Source of the DNA: Clostridiales bacterium
Lineage (GTDB): Bacteria > Bacillota > Clostridia > Oscillospirales > CAG-272
Assembly (NCBI GenBank): GCA_012519315.1
Contig: JAAYQM010000082.1
Span: 14,488-78,487 of the forward strand
Direction: 5' to 3'
Length of the DNA stretch: 64,000 nt
Below the pieces are notes generated by a model that was given only the letters and a program-made list of their open reading frames with translations, was not told where the DNA came from and made no database searches. Below, piece by piece: positions 50,982-59,029 of the stretch (positions are counted from its first letter, which is position 1; each line of letters opens with the position of its first letter). The translations under genes were made by a program, and so were the position numbers.

Positions 50982-52349
50982 CTACCGTGCTAGCAATGCG
51001 GAAAAATTTTCAAGATTGACCACAAGGGCCTTAAGGAATCTGGCAGCCGGAGCCCCGTCAAGGGCACGGTGATCAAAGGTCAGTGACAAGGTCATCGCCG
51101 GATAGGGCTTTAGCTCGCTGCCTGCCATTTTAACCTTTGTTTCGATAGTGTTTACCCCTAAAATACAGGTTTGCGGCGGGTTGATGACAGGAGTAAAGGA
51201 TTCGATACCTAATGTGCCGAGATTAGTAACGGTGAAGGTACCACCCTTCAAGGAATCAGGCAGAATCGTTCCGTTGCGGCAGGCCTCTCCCAGTGATTTA
51301 GAGGTTGTCGAAATCTCGCTCAGGGACATACGATTGGCATTGAACAAGGTTGGCACCATCAAGCCGCGGGGGGTATCAACGGCAACGCCAAGGTGTACAT
51401 TCTTAAAGAGCAGAGTCTTGTCATCGTAATAATGGGCGTTGCAATATGGGTGATCCAGAATTGTACGGGAAACGGCATATAGTATTATGTCGTTGATTGT
51501 GATATTCGGCAGATCCAGCGTCTCCTTCGATGCCTTGATCTTAGCGCGGAATTCGTTGATCTCGGTCATGTCAAAGGAAGAGTTAAGGGTAAGCTGCGCC
51601 ATATTTGAGAGGGAGGCGTGCATAGCCTTTGCAATGGTCTTGCGAATAGTCGGATTTGCAACCTCTTCATAATCAGGTCCTGTCTCCGCAGCCTTTGTTG
51701 TCGCTACGGATGCCATGCTTTCAAGGGCGCCGGGCGCGGCAAGGTCGGACATAGTGATTCGTCCGCCGATACCGCTTCCTGTAACGTCGAGAGCCTTGCC
51801 CTGATAGTCTTTAAAGGCAGCCGCGGTTGCAACCTTGCCTTTTTCGATCATCCCCGCAACATCTCGCTCGATAATGCGGCCGTTTGGACCGGTTCCCGGT
51901 GTGCTGAGAATATCAACACCCGCTTTTTCGGCTAGGTGTCTTGCGCGGGGGGATATAAAGATGCGTTCCCCCTCTTTTCTGCTGATGATTGCGGCTTGCT
52001 CCTCCTTAACCGGTGCGGTCGGGCTCTCGCCCTCTGCCTGCTTTGCCTGGGTTGTCTCGGGAGTTTTTTCTTCCTCTTTTTTATTTGGATTGAATTCGTC
52101 GGTAGATTCACCGGCATCGCCTATGACACAGACATTAGTCAGACAGGGAACATCGTCCCCTTCCTCGAAAAATATGTCCAGCAAAATGCCGCCAACCTTT
52201 GCTTCTTCATCAAAAGTTGACTTGTCCGTTTCATAGGTGAAAAGCAGATCCCCAGGAGAGACGGGGTCGCCTTTTTTCTTGTGCCATTTGCCTATGATAC
52301 AGCTTTCGACTGATTGACCTTGGCGTGGCATAATAACGGGAGTAGCCAT
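50982..52349 (-). CDS. dihydrolipoamide acyltransferase (E2)
   Basis: Lipoyl domain (ETDKSTFDEEA), subunit-binding domain (ISPRARHLAEKAGVD), and catalytic domain ending DHRALDGAPAARFL. Confidence 0.9.
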   Translation of the reverse strand: MATPVIMPRQGQSVESCIIGKWHKKKGDPVSPGDLLFTYETDKSTFDEEAKVGGILLDIFFEEGDDVPCLTNVCVIGDAGESTDEFNPNKKEEEKTPETTQAKQAEGESPTAPVKEEQAAIISRKEGERIFISPRARHLAEKAGVDILSTPGTGPNGRIIERDVAGMIEKGKVATAAAFKDYQGKALDVTGSGIGGRITMSDLAAPGALESMASVATTKAAETGPDYEEVANPTIRKTIAKAMHASLSNMAQLTLNSSFDMTEINEFRAKIKASKETLDLPNITINDIILYAVSRTILDHPYCNAHYYDDKTLLFKNVHLGVAVDTPRGLMVPTLFNANRMSLSEISTTSKSLGEACRNGTILPDSLKGGTFTVTNLGTLGIESFTPVINPPQTCILGVNTIETKVKMAGSELKPYPAMTLSLTFDHRALDGAPAARFLKALVVNLENFSALLAR

Positions 52350-52435
52350 ATTACCTCCAAAATTTTATAATTAATATATTTAAGCATATAAAACCAAATG
52401 CCGTATTGTAAGACAGCATTTGGTTTTATAGCAAA

Positions 52436-53692
52436 TCAAACGCCGTAATGCTCCAGCAGGACTTTTTCCGCCTCGGCGGACCAAAGTCCGTTGCTCCGCT
52501 TAACAATTTCCGCAAGGCGAGCGTAGAGAGGATTGTCAGCCCCCAGCTGCTCAAAGTCGCTTATTGCAACAAGAGGCATATCAATATGGTTATAGATCAG
52601 CTTTTTCCCTCCGGACAGCTTCGGAAGATTGATAACAGTGTCTATAACCGCATTCATCCCGCCAATATGCGTAATCATCGCAGAAGGATTGATCAATCCT
52701 TTAGTCATAAGGTCGATTGATTCAATCATATCATCGGTGTTGCCTCCTGATGTTCCCACGATGTGGGTAGAGGCATAGTGAACATTGTAAAAATTGAACA
52801 TTGCAGAAAAGTCGGCATTAGTCGGACCGGCAAAGAAATTGAGGCAGCCGTCTCTTCCCAGAAGCTTGTCACCCTGCTCAACAAGGGAACGAACCGGAGC
52901 AAAGACAAAGACATCGTCATATCCAGCCCCGTCGGTTAAGCCGAGAAGGTGGGCTTCTGCATCAATATTGGCAGTGTTGACATAAATAAGCTCAACACCA
53001 CGCTCAGCTGCCGTCTCAGGGGTGATTAGGGTTGCCGCTCTTGCAAGTCTTGCTTCATCGATATCGGTAACCACCAACAGCTTCGGCTGACGAGGTCCGT
53101 TTATCGCATAGTCAATGGCGCCGAGCCCCATAGGTCCTGCCCCGGCAAGAATAATGCAGTTGCCCCCTTCAACAATCCCCATATGATGCACATAGGAGCC
53201 GCTTTTCGTATGATAGTTGGCATGGAAGGCACCTACAATGCAGGAAACCGGCTCGGCTAAGGAGCCGTAAAAATATGTATCGCTGTTGTAGGGTAAAAGG
53301 CATCCTGTCTCCATTACCTCGTTTGGAATGATACCGTAGGTCATATTACCGCCGAGATGCTGATAGGAATATCCCGGAGCGTCAAGCTTTCCCTGATAAT
53401 TCATCGCCGGCTGAATCGAGAACTTTTGTCCGGGAGAAAACTGATGTTTCCACTTGTTTCCCACCTCAAGAATATCCCCGCAAAACTCATGACCAACGAC
53501 AATAGGGTTTTCGGCGATGTCCTTGGGCACTCTTTTGTGATCCTCTCCTTGAATAGCCGCTTTGTGAGAGGACATGCAGATCGAGTCCGAAACAATTCTA
53601 ACAAGGATCTGATCCTCCTTGATAGGGGGCAGCTCAAATTCTTCTAAGCGCAAATCGCTTTTTCCATAAAGGCGTACAGCTCTGGTTTTCAT
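52436..53692 (-). CDS. long (418 aa) zinc-dependent MDR dehydrogenase, sorbose-1-phosphate-reductase-like
   Basis: DSICMSSHKA, GHEFCG and GAGPMGLG motifs. Length and motifs recall SorE-type ketose-phosphate reductases; this is from memory, not searched. Confidence 0.65.
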   Translation of the reverse strand: MKTRAVRLYGKSDLRLEEFELPPIKEDQILVRIVSDSICMSSHKAAIQGEDHKRVPKDIAENPIVVGHEFCGDILEVGNKWKHQFSPGQKFSIQPAMNYQGKLDAPGYSYQHLGGNMTYGIIPNEVMETGCLLPYNSDTYFYGSLAEPVSCIVGAFHANYHTKSGSYVHHMGIVEGGNCIILAGAGPMGLGAIDYAINGPRQPKLLVVTDIDEARLARAATLITPETAAERGVELIYVNTANIDAEAHLLGLTDGAGYDDVFVFAPVRSLVEQGDKLLGRDGCLNFFAGPTNADFSAMFNFYNVHYASTHIVGTSGGNTDDMIESIDLMTKGLINPSAMITHIGGMNAVIDTVINLPKLSGGKKLIYNHIDMPLVAISDFEQLGADNPLYARLAEIVKRSNGLWSAEAEKVLLEHYGV

Positions 53693-53714
53693 TTTATCTC
53701 CTTATAAATATAAT

Positions 53715-54473
53715 TTATAAAACATTAGTATTATGCTTCTTTGCCAAATCGATAATAGATTTAGGCAGGGCAGAGTCGGAGATTAAATAATCAATTTCCC
53801 CGATCTCAGCAAAAGTAAAGGGTAATATGCGGTCATATTTGCTGGAATCCATTAAAAGAACCGACTGCTTAGCTCTGGAAATGATAGTTCTTTTCAGCTC
53901 AGATTCGTTGTAGTTCCCGTTTGTAAAGCCGCTTTGCTCAGAAAAACCGGAAGCGGCAATAAAGGCCACGTCAATATTAATGCTTTTAATCTGCTCCACG
54001 GCACTGGCGCCGGAAACCGAATAATGCTCACGATTGAGATTGCCGCCCAGCAAGAGAATATTGGCAGAGGGGTTGCGTGTCAACTCAAGGGCAATGTTCG
54101 GAGCGTTGGTAACAATAAAACAAGGCTCTTCCGGCAGCAGCTTCGACAGGTGCATCATAGTCGTTCCGGCATCAATGTAATAACAGGTCGCATTGCCGAA
54201 AAATTTCAATGCCTTCCGACCGATCTCGATTTTTTTATCAGCATTTTCGATGCTGCGCTTTGAATAGGCATCTTCCTCTATCTGTGTCAGACGGCGAATC
54301 GACTTCGCTCCCCCCCTCGTCCGCACAACATAACCCTGACTTTCAAGATAATCTATGTCTCTTCTCAAGGTCATCTCAGATAGATTAGGATATAATTTCA
54401 TCAAATCCTTGAGATGAACCTCACCGTGTATCTGTATGTATGAATTGATAGCCCAAATGCGTTCGGCTTTCAT
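53715..54473 (-). CDS. DeoR-family transcriptional regulator
   Basis: N-terminal HTH (LMKLYPNLSEMTLRRDIDYLESQGYVVRTRGGA) plus a C-terminal sugar-phosphate sensor domain. Start at the ATG at 54473 with a GAGGAG SD. Confidence 0.88.
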   Translation of the reverse strand: MKAERIWAINSYIQIHGEVHLKDLMKLYPNLSEMTLRRDIDYLESQGYVVRTRGGAKSIRRLTQIEEDAYSKRSIENADKKIEIGRKALKFFGNATCYYIDAGTTMMHLSKLLPEEPCFIVTNAPNIALELTRNPSANILLLGGNLNREHYSVSGASAVEQIKSINIDVAFIAASGFSEQSGFTNGNYNESELKRTIISRAKQSVLLMDSSKYDRILPFTFAEIGEIDYLISDSALPKSIIDLAKKHNTNVL

Positions 54474-54597
54474 TTTTATCTCCTCAACTTTCATGTTACT
54501 TACAATTATACTTCAATATTAACATAAAGTCAACACAAAAATGTTAAGAACTATCAAACAAAATGTTAGAAACTAACACTGATGAATAATAAGAGAG

Positions 54598-54632
54598 AAA
54601 TCCCCCGCTGTTTTGTCAGCGAGGGATTTTTT
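54598..54632. terminator. hairpin terminator between the hypothetical gene and the deoR operon
   Basis: AAATCCCCCGCTG-TTTTGT-CAGCGAGGGATTT with flanking A/T runs. Confidence 0.6.
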
Positions 54633-55129
54633 CACGGTTGTTTACACAGAACGATAATTTGGTTCGGGTTCGTGATTGCAGGAATGCTTCGCGTCGTTGC
54701 ACCATAAATAACAATGAGATAATGGCTTGCGGGGTTTTGTGTAAAAGGCTGTCCGTTTCTTAGAATTATCTTGGTTGAGGGTGAGACTATCAGCTTAAGC
54801 CTTCCTTTGCTGTCCACAAGATCGGTATCAAAAAAGTCGACTGTTACATTTCTTTTTCTATTCTCGTGTGCGACAACAATCGCACGATATTGTGGCGGGT
54901 AGATCAGAATAGTTGGGACATCGGTGTCATAAAAAACCGCAATCCTGCTTCCGAGGCTGATTCTGAATCCGTCCACAAAATAAGTATAGGGAGAGGTGAT
55001 AAATCTGGTGATCTGCGCATCGTCGCTTCGTAGCGTGATAATTTTATAGCAGCCGAGAGCGGCGGCATCCCCCACAGGAAAATCCTCATAAGCAATGACC
55101 TTCCCGGAGATCGATTGATAATTTGGCAT
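54632..55129 (-). CDS. hypothetical protein
   Basis: ORF track, 165 aa. No recognisable motif. Confidence 0.5.
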   Translation of the reverse strand: MPNYQSISGKVIAYEDFPVGDAAALGCYKIITLRSDDAQITRFITSPYTYFVDGFRISLGSRIAVFYDTDVPTILIYPPQYRAIVVAHENRKRNVTVDFFDTDLVDSKGRLKLIVSPSTKIILRNGQPFTQNPASHYLIVIYGATTRSIPAITNPNQIIVLCKQP

Positions 55130-55329
55130 ATTAATCAGTCCTTTTCAAGAGCAGACATCTGCTTTCTAAATGTCACGGATCTTAGGCGGCAAACAATGGT
55201 CGGTTTCACATAACCGCACTTTCGGTTGAGAGGTAATGACTTGATCCGTATTCGTTATAGCATATGCTCGAATATCCGTTATGTTGAAAAGGGGGGAGTA
55301 TGTTCATAGCACCGGGGGATTATGCTTGC

Positions 55330-56142
55330 TTATTCGACAAGGCTGCCATTGACTGAAATTACTTTAACCTGCCATGGGATCATTTTTCCGCTCTTTATAA
55401 TGGCTTCCTTAGCGGCGTGCTCAATGCCGGAGCAACAGGGTACCTCCATCCGTACGACGGTCAGGCTTTTTATATTGTTTAATCTGATTATATCAGCAAG
55501 CTTTTCCGAATAATCGGAGGCATCGAGCTTTGGGCAGCCAATCAGGGTTATATGATTTTTTATAAAGTCCTTGTGAAAATCGGCATAGGCAAAGGCGGTA
55601 CAGTCGGCGGCAACCAAAAGCTTTGCGTTATGGAAATAGGGTGCGTTCACCGGCACCAGCTTAATCTGTACCGGCCACTGCATCAGCTCGCTTTCCGGCT
55701 TTTGCCCGGCAATCTCCCGCTGCGGTCGAGACTTTAATTCGCTTTCCCTTGCAATTGTTTTCGCAGAGCTGCCGGGACATCCTCCGGAAACACAGCCCCC
55801 TCTTGCTCTTGCTGGTATGGTATCGTTTTCTGACGGTTTTACTATAGTGCGTGCTTGGCTTCCGGGACATCCGGCCGCCTGAGCTGCTTTTATATGGGCA
55901 TCGGTGGGTTTTCCGGCCTCCTCCTCGTTAAAGGGCAAAGCCTCTCTCTCCTCAAAGGAAATTGCGCCCGTAGGACAAACAGGCAGACAGTTTCCGAGAC
56001 CGTCGCAATAATCTTCCCGCACAAGCTTTGCCTTTCCGTCAATCAGCTTAATTGCGCCTTCATAGCAAGCTTCTATACACAATCCGCATCCGTTGCAAAG
56101 CTCCTCGTCAATTTTAATTATCTGGCGTTTAATAGGCTTCAT
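55330..56142 (-). CDS. 4Fe-4S dicluster domain protein
   Basis: CNGCGLCIEACYEG and CDGLGNCLPVCPTG ferredoxin motifs. Start at the ATG at 56142 (MKPIKRQIIKIDEELC). Confidence 0.8.
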   Translation of the reverse strand: MKPIKRQIIKIDEELCNGCGLCIEACYEGAIKLIDGKAKLVREDYCDGLGNCLPVCPTGAISFEEREALPFNEEEAGKPTDAHIKAAQAAGCPGSQARTIVKPSENDTIPARARGGCVSGGCPGSSAKTIARESELKSRPQREIAGQKPESELMQWPVQIKLVPVNAPYFHNAKLLVAADCTAFAYADFHKDFIKNHITLIGCPKLDASDYSEKLADIIRLNNIKSLTVVRMEVPCCSGIEHAAKEAIIKSGKMIPWQVKVISVNGSLVE

Positions 56143-56300
56143 AGTAAGTATTTTCCTATCCTTTCTTATAAATGTTGTTTGTTGTTGAAAAATCAATTTA
56201 TTTTGAGAATAATCTTGCTTTTGCAGATTAATTATACTATAATATAGTTAGTAAATATGTTGTTTTTACAACAATTATAAATTTTTTCGGAAGTTATGTG

Positions 56301-56990
56301 ATGGAACAAAGACATATTGATGAACTCATGAATATAGAGCTGTTTAAGGGTATCGATCGGAGCGATCTTGGAAAGCTGCTTGTTTGTCTGCAGCCTAAGG
56401 TCAGAAAATATGAAAAGGATGAAACTATTTACCACGCCGGAGAGCATGTGTCCGCCTTTGGTGTTGTACTGTCTGGGTTTGTTCAAATCATATCCGAGGA
56501 CATCTTTGGAAACAGAAATATTCTATCCGGTGTTGGCAAATTGCATCTTTTCGCAGAATCCTTCGCCTGTGCAAAATCGATGATCCTTCCTGTGTCCGTT
56601 GTTTCTGCAACCGACAGCGAGGTTATGCTCCTTGAATACAACCGGGTTGTGGGAAAGTGCTCCTCCGTCTGCAGCTTTCATGCTACACTTATTGAAAATA
56701 TGCTTGAGATTCTGGCGAGCAAAAACATTTATCTGAACAGGAAGCTTAATGTTCTCTCCAGGCGATCGACTAGAGAGAAGGTGCTTGCTTATCTCGGTGA
56801 GGAAGCAAAAAAACAAGGGAGCACTTCTATACAAATAGATTTTAACCGACAGGAGCTGGCCGATTATTTATATGTGGATCGAAGCGCATTGTCCGCCGAG
56901 CTGTCCCGTATGCGAGGAAAAGGGGTGCTCGATTTCAATCGCAACAGATTTATTTTGTACAAAGATTCGGATGACGATATTTTGTTTTGA
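56301..56990 (+). CDS. Crp/Fnr-family transcriptional regulator
   Basis: cNMP-binding-like N-terminus (LFKGIDRSDLGKLL) and C-terminal HTH (NRQELADYLYVDRSALSAELSRMRGKG). Confidence 0.88.
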   Translation: MEQRHIDELMNIELFKGIDRSDLGKLLVCLQPKVRKYEKDETIYHAGEHVSAFGVVLSGFVQIISEDIFGNRNILSGVGKLHLFAESFACAKSMILPVSVVSATDSEVMLLEYNRVVGKCSSVCSFHATLIENMLEILASKNIYLNRKLNVLSRRSTREKVLAYLGEEAKKQGSTSIQIDFNRQELADYLYVDRSALSAELSRMRGKGVLDFNRNRFILYKDSDDDILF

Positions 56991-57088
56991 TATTAATATA
57001 TTAATAATGAAGGGTTAATTAAGACAAAAATGCATATAATAATTTCATGATATTCGAAGAATAGCTGAAAAACAGGGGGTGCAAGCTC

Positions 57089-57244
57089 ATGAAAAGCAAA
57101 AAGCGGCAACCAAAGAGTGAACGAACCGCAATCGAACAACAGGAGGCGGCCATACGTGCCAACGCAAAAATGAGGCTGCGCTTTACAAATGCAAAAATAC
57201 AGAATGACGAGGATAAAACCAACGAGCAGAATCAATATCGGTAA
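57089..57244 (+). CDS. small (51 aa) highly charged hypothetical protein, below the ORF-track cutoff
   Basis: Own translation: MKSKKRQPKSERTAIEQQEAAIRANAKMRLRFTNAKIQNDEDKTNEQNQYR*. GGGGGTG SD 7 nt upstream of the ATG. Confidence 0.4.
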   Translation: MKSKKRQPKSERTAIEQQEAAIRANAKMRLRFTNAKIQNDEDKTNEQNQYR

Positions 57245-57382
57245 AAACGATATTTTCTAAATCCATCTATTTTAGTGAAATATCAGTTTCTCTATCGGGA
57301 TTTTTTTCGGTAAATTCAATATTTTGGCAAATTTTACATAAAAGAGCCTAAAATTATTTAAAAATATATGAAGTAATACCCA

Positions 57383-57411
57383 TTGACAAATCGCATATTA
57401 CTTCATATAAT
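57383..57411 (+). promoter_or_regulatory. consensus sigma-A promoter of riboswitch unit A
   Basis: TTGACA, 17-nt spacer, TATAAT. Confidence 0.65.
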
Positions 57412-57437
57412 AGGGTATAACAAAGTGAATACAAGAT

Positions 57438-57562
57438 AATATCAGAAAGCATGAAAAGGCAAAGTAAGTGAAAGCTTACGGCGCAAAGCTATAGGGTCTG
57501 TGTCCTTTTTGGGATATGACGGCCAGTTGCCACTGCAAATTTATTTGCAGTGGCATTTTTTA
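57438..57562 (+). promoter_or_regulatory. c-di-GMP-I (GEMM-I)-like riboswitch, copy A, with intrinsic terminator
   Basis: AAAAGGCAAAG-UAAGU-GAAA-GCUUAC-GGCGCAAAGCUAUAGGGUC...GACGGCCAGUUGCC matches the GEMM-I hallmarks GGCAAA / GNRA tetraloop hairpin / (A)CGCAAAGC / GGGUC / closing UUGCC. The terminator GCCACTGCAAAT-TT-ATTTGCAGTGGC plus T6 is at 57529-57561. Confidence 0.8.
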
Positions 57563-57692
57563 TTCTCGTTTTAATCTGATATAAAAATGAGGATGACAGA
57601 CCGATTGTTTCCTCTGCCCTGTAAAATCGCGATTTGTATGATATTACATATATCATACTAAAACCGTCCGGAATTATGTTAGTTTTTTCCTA

Positions 57693-57721
57693 TTGACAAA
57701 ATCAACAGAATGAAATATACT
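57693..57721 (+). promoter_or_regulatory. sigma-A promoter of riboswitch unit B
   Basis: TTGACA, 17-nt spacer, TATACT. Confidence 0.6.
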
Positions 57722-57737
57722 AGAGAACAATAAGTAA

Positions 57738-57862
57738 TATCAAAAAGCAATGAAAAGGCAAAGTAAGCGAAAGCTTATGGCGCAAAACTATAGGGTCTGA
57801 GTCCTTTTTGGGATATGACAGCCAGTTGCCACTGCAAATTTATTTGCACGTGACTTTTTTTA
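57738..57862 (+). promoter_or_regulatory. c-di-GMP-I (GEMM-I)-like riboswitch, copy B, with imperfect terminator, directly upstream of the first fibre-subunit gene
   Basis: Near-identical to copy A. The two changes in the tetraloop hairpin (GUAAGU/GCUUAC to GUAAGC/GCUUAU) preserve pairing. The core reads GCAAAAC instead of GCAAAGC. The terminator 3' arm is GCACGTGAC (bulged), followed by T7. Confidence 0.75.
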
Positions 57863-57903
57863 TTCCCGTTTTTGAATGACACAAAAGGAGGGTGGAGCAT
57901 TAG

Positions 57904-58947
57904 ATGAAGAAAACCGTTATCCTAACATCTCTGATCTTAGCTATTACAGCATCCTTGATTGCAGGTACGCTTGCAAGTTACAATATAACATTGGACAATG
58001 TTGCTTCGGGCAGTGTCGTTGCAAAGGAATTCGTTTTTTTGAAGGAGGGTACCGAAAATTTCGGTCAGGGCATTAAAATAGCTCCGACTGAAAAGGTTAT
58101 TTGGACCTTCTCTGTAAAGAATTATGACGGTGTTAACGTTACAGAAACCGATTTGTACTATAAGCTAATCTTTAATATCGGGCCTGATGACGGAAAGCAA
58201 GCGATTGATCCTCTGATTGTTACTATTAAGTCCTCTGATGAAACGGTGCTGAAAACTCATACCGGAACCGGAACAGTAAAGATTTTTGATTCTTTTATGC
58301 TGTCAAACGTCGGACAGAAGGACGATTACATAGTAGAAATTTTCTGGCCCAGCAATCCTGACATTGATATTGATTACGCAGGGCACCGATTCGGTACAAA
58401 GGTTGATATTTCGGCAGTCGCTTCTCAGGTTCCGTTCCCTGATGAAGACGACGATACTCCCGGCGGTGGAGATACCCCCGGCGGCGGCGATGATACTCCC
58501 GGTGGCGGAGATACTCCCGGCGGTGGCGATGATACTCCCGGTGGCGGAGACACTCCCGGCGGAGGAGATGAAGATGTCGAGTCGGATATCACCGTAAGGT
58601 ATCATGAAAGAGATCTTGCATGGCAAGGAGGCTCTTCCGGCTATTACGCCTACACCTTCGATATAGAGATTTTCAATAATTCTGATCAGCCTATTGAAAA
58701 TTGGGTTATAAAATTCACAATGGACGGTATAATTGAACATTCATGGGATGCTGTTATGGTCTCTCATAATGAGGAAACCGGTGAATATGTTTTCAGACAT
58801 CCTGATTATTACAATAAAGTCATTCGACCTGGAGAATCGCTTACCTTCAGCGGTAGGATCAATGGAGGAGATCAACCGAGCACTCCTATCTCTTCGGTAA
58901 CAGTAATGGGCATGCCGGTAGAACTCATCATTGATATTGGATCTTAA
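57904..58947 (+). CDS. secreted SipW-cognate-type (TasA/CalY-like signal) protein with DTPGGG-repeat linker and C-terminal CBM2-like beta-sandwich
   Basis: N-terminus MKKTVILTSLILAITASLIAGTLASYNITLDN recalls the GGTFAYFSD-type SipW signal. The ~170-aa core is shared with the next gene. The linker is (D)DTPGGG x6. The C-terminus ITVRYHERDLAWQGG..YAYTFDIEIFNNSDQPIENWVIKFTMDG...SWDA...YNKVIRPGESLTFSG follows the CBM2 pattern. Confidence 0.65.
   Translation: MKKTVILTSLILAITASLIAGTLASYNITLDNVASGSVVAKEFVFLKEGTENFGQGIKIAPTEKVIWTFSVKNYDGVNVTETDLYYKLIFNIGPDDGKQAIDPLIVTIKSSDETVLKTHTGTGTVKIFDSFMLSNVGQKDDYIVEIFWPSNPDIDIDYAGHRFGTKVDISAVASQVPFPDEDDDTPGGGDTPGGGDDTPGGGDTPGGGDDTPGGGDTPGGGDEDVESDITVRYHERDLAWQGGSSGYYAYTFDIEIFNNSDQPIENWVIKFTMDGIIEHSWDAVMVSHNEETGEYVFRHPDYYNKVIRPGESLTFSGRINGGDQPSTPISSVTVMGMPVELIIDIGS
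58453..58566 (+). repeat. in-frame tandem repeat encoding six DTPGGG units
   Basis: gatactcccggcggtgga / gatacccccggcggcggc units, arranged as three copies of a 39-nt (D)DTPGGGDTPGGG super-repeat. Confidence 0.9.
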
Positions 58948-59029
58948 ATAAGAATAAAGCCCTTGAAACTATCTAAGCGCTTGTTCATATAATAGAATAA
59001 ATTAATTAAAATAAATAAGGAGATTTATT

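Noticed and set aside
56185-56196. TTGAAAAATCAA as a canonical FNR/CRP box
   Set aside because: The half-sites are 4+4 with a 4-nt spacer (12 bp) rather than TTGAT-N4-ATCAA (14 bp). Kept only as a low-interest candidate operator.
56993-57235. 80-aa and 67-aa hydrophobic minus-strand ORFs
   Set aside because: TTG start without SD. The opposite strand carries a short ORF with a much better ribosome-binding site. Neither call is certain.
58303-58740. 145-aa minus-strand ORF (also 58364..58597 on the + strand) inside the first subunit gene
   Set aside because: It is produced by the GC-rich DTPGGG repeat, which is open in several frames. The + frame 57904..58947 has the signal peptide, SD and paralog support.
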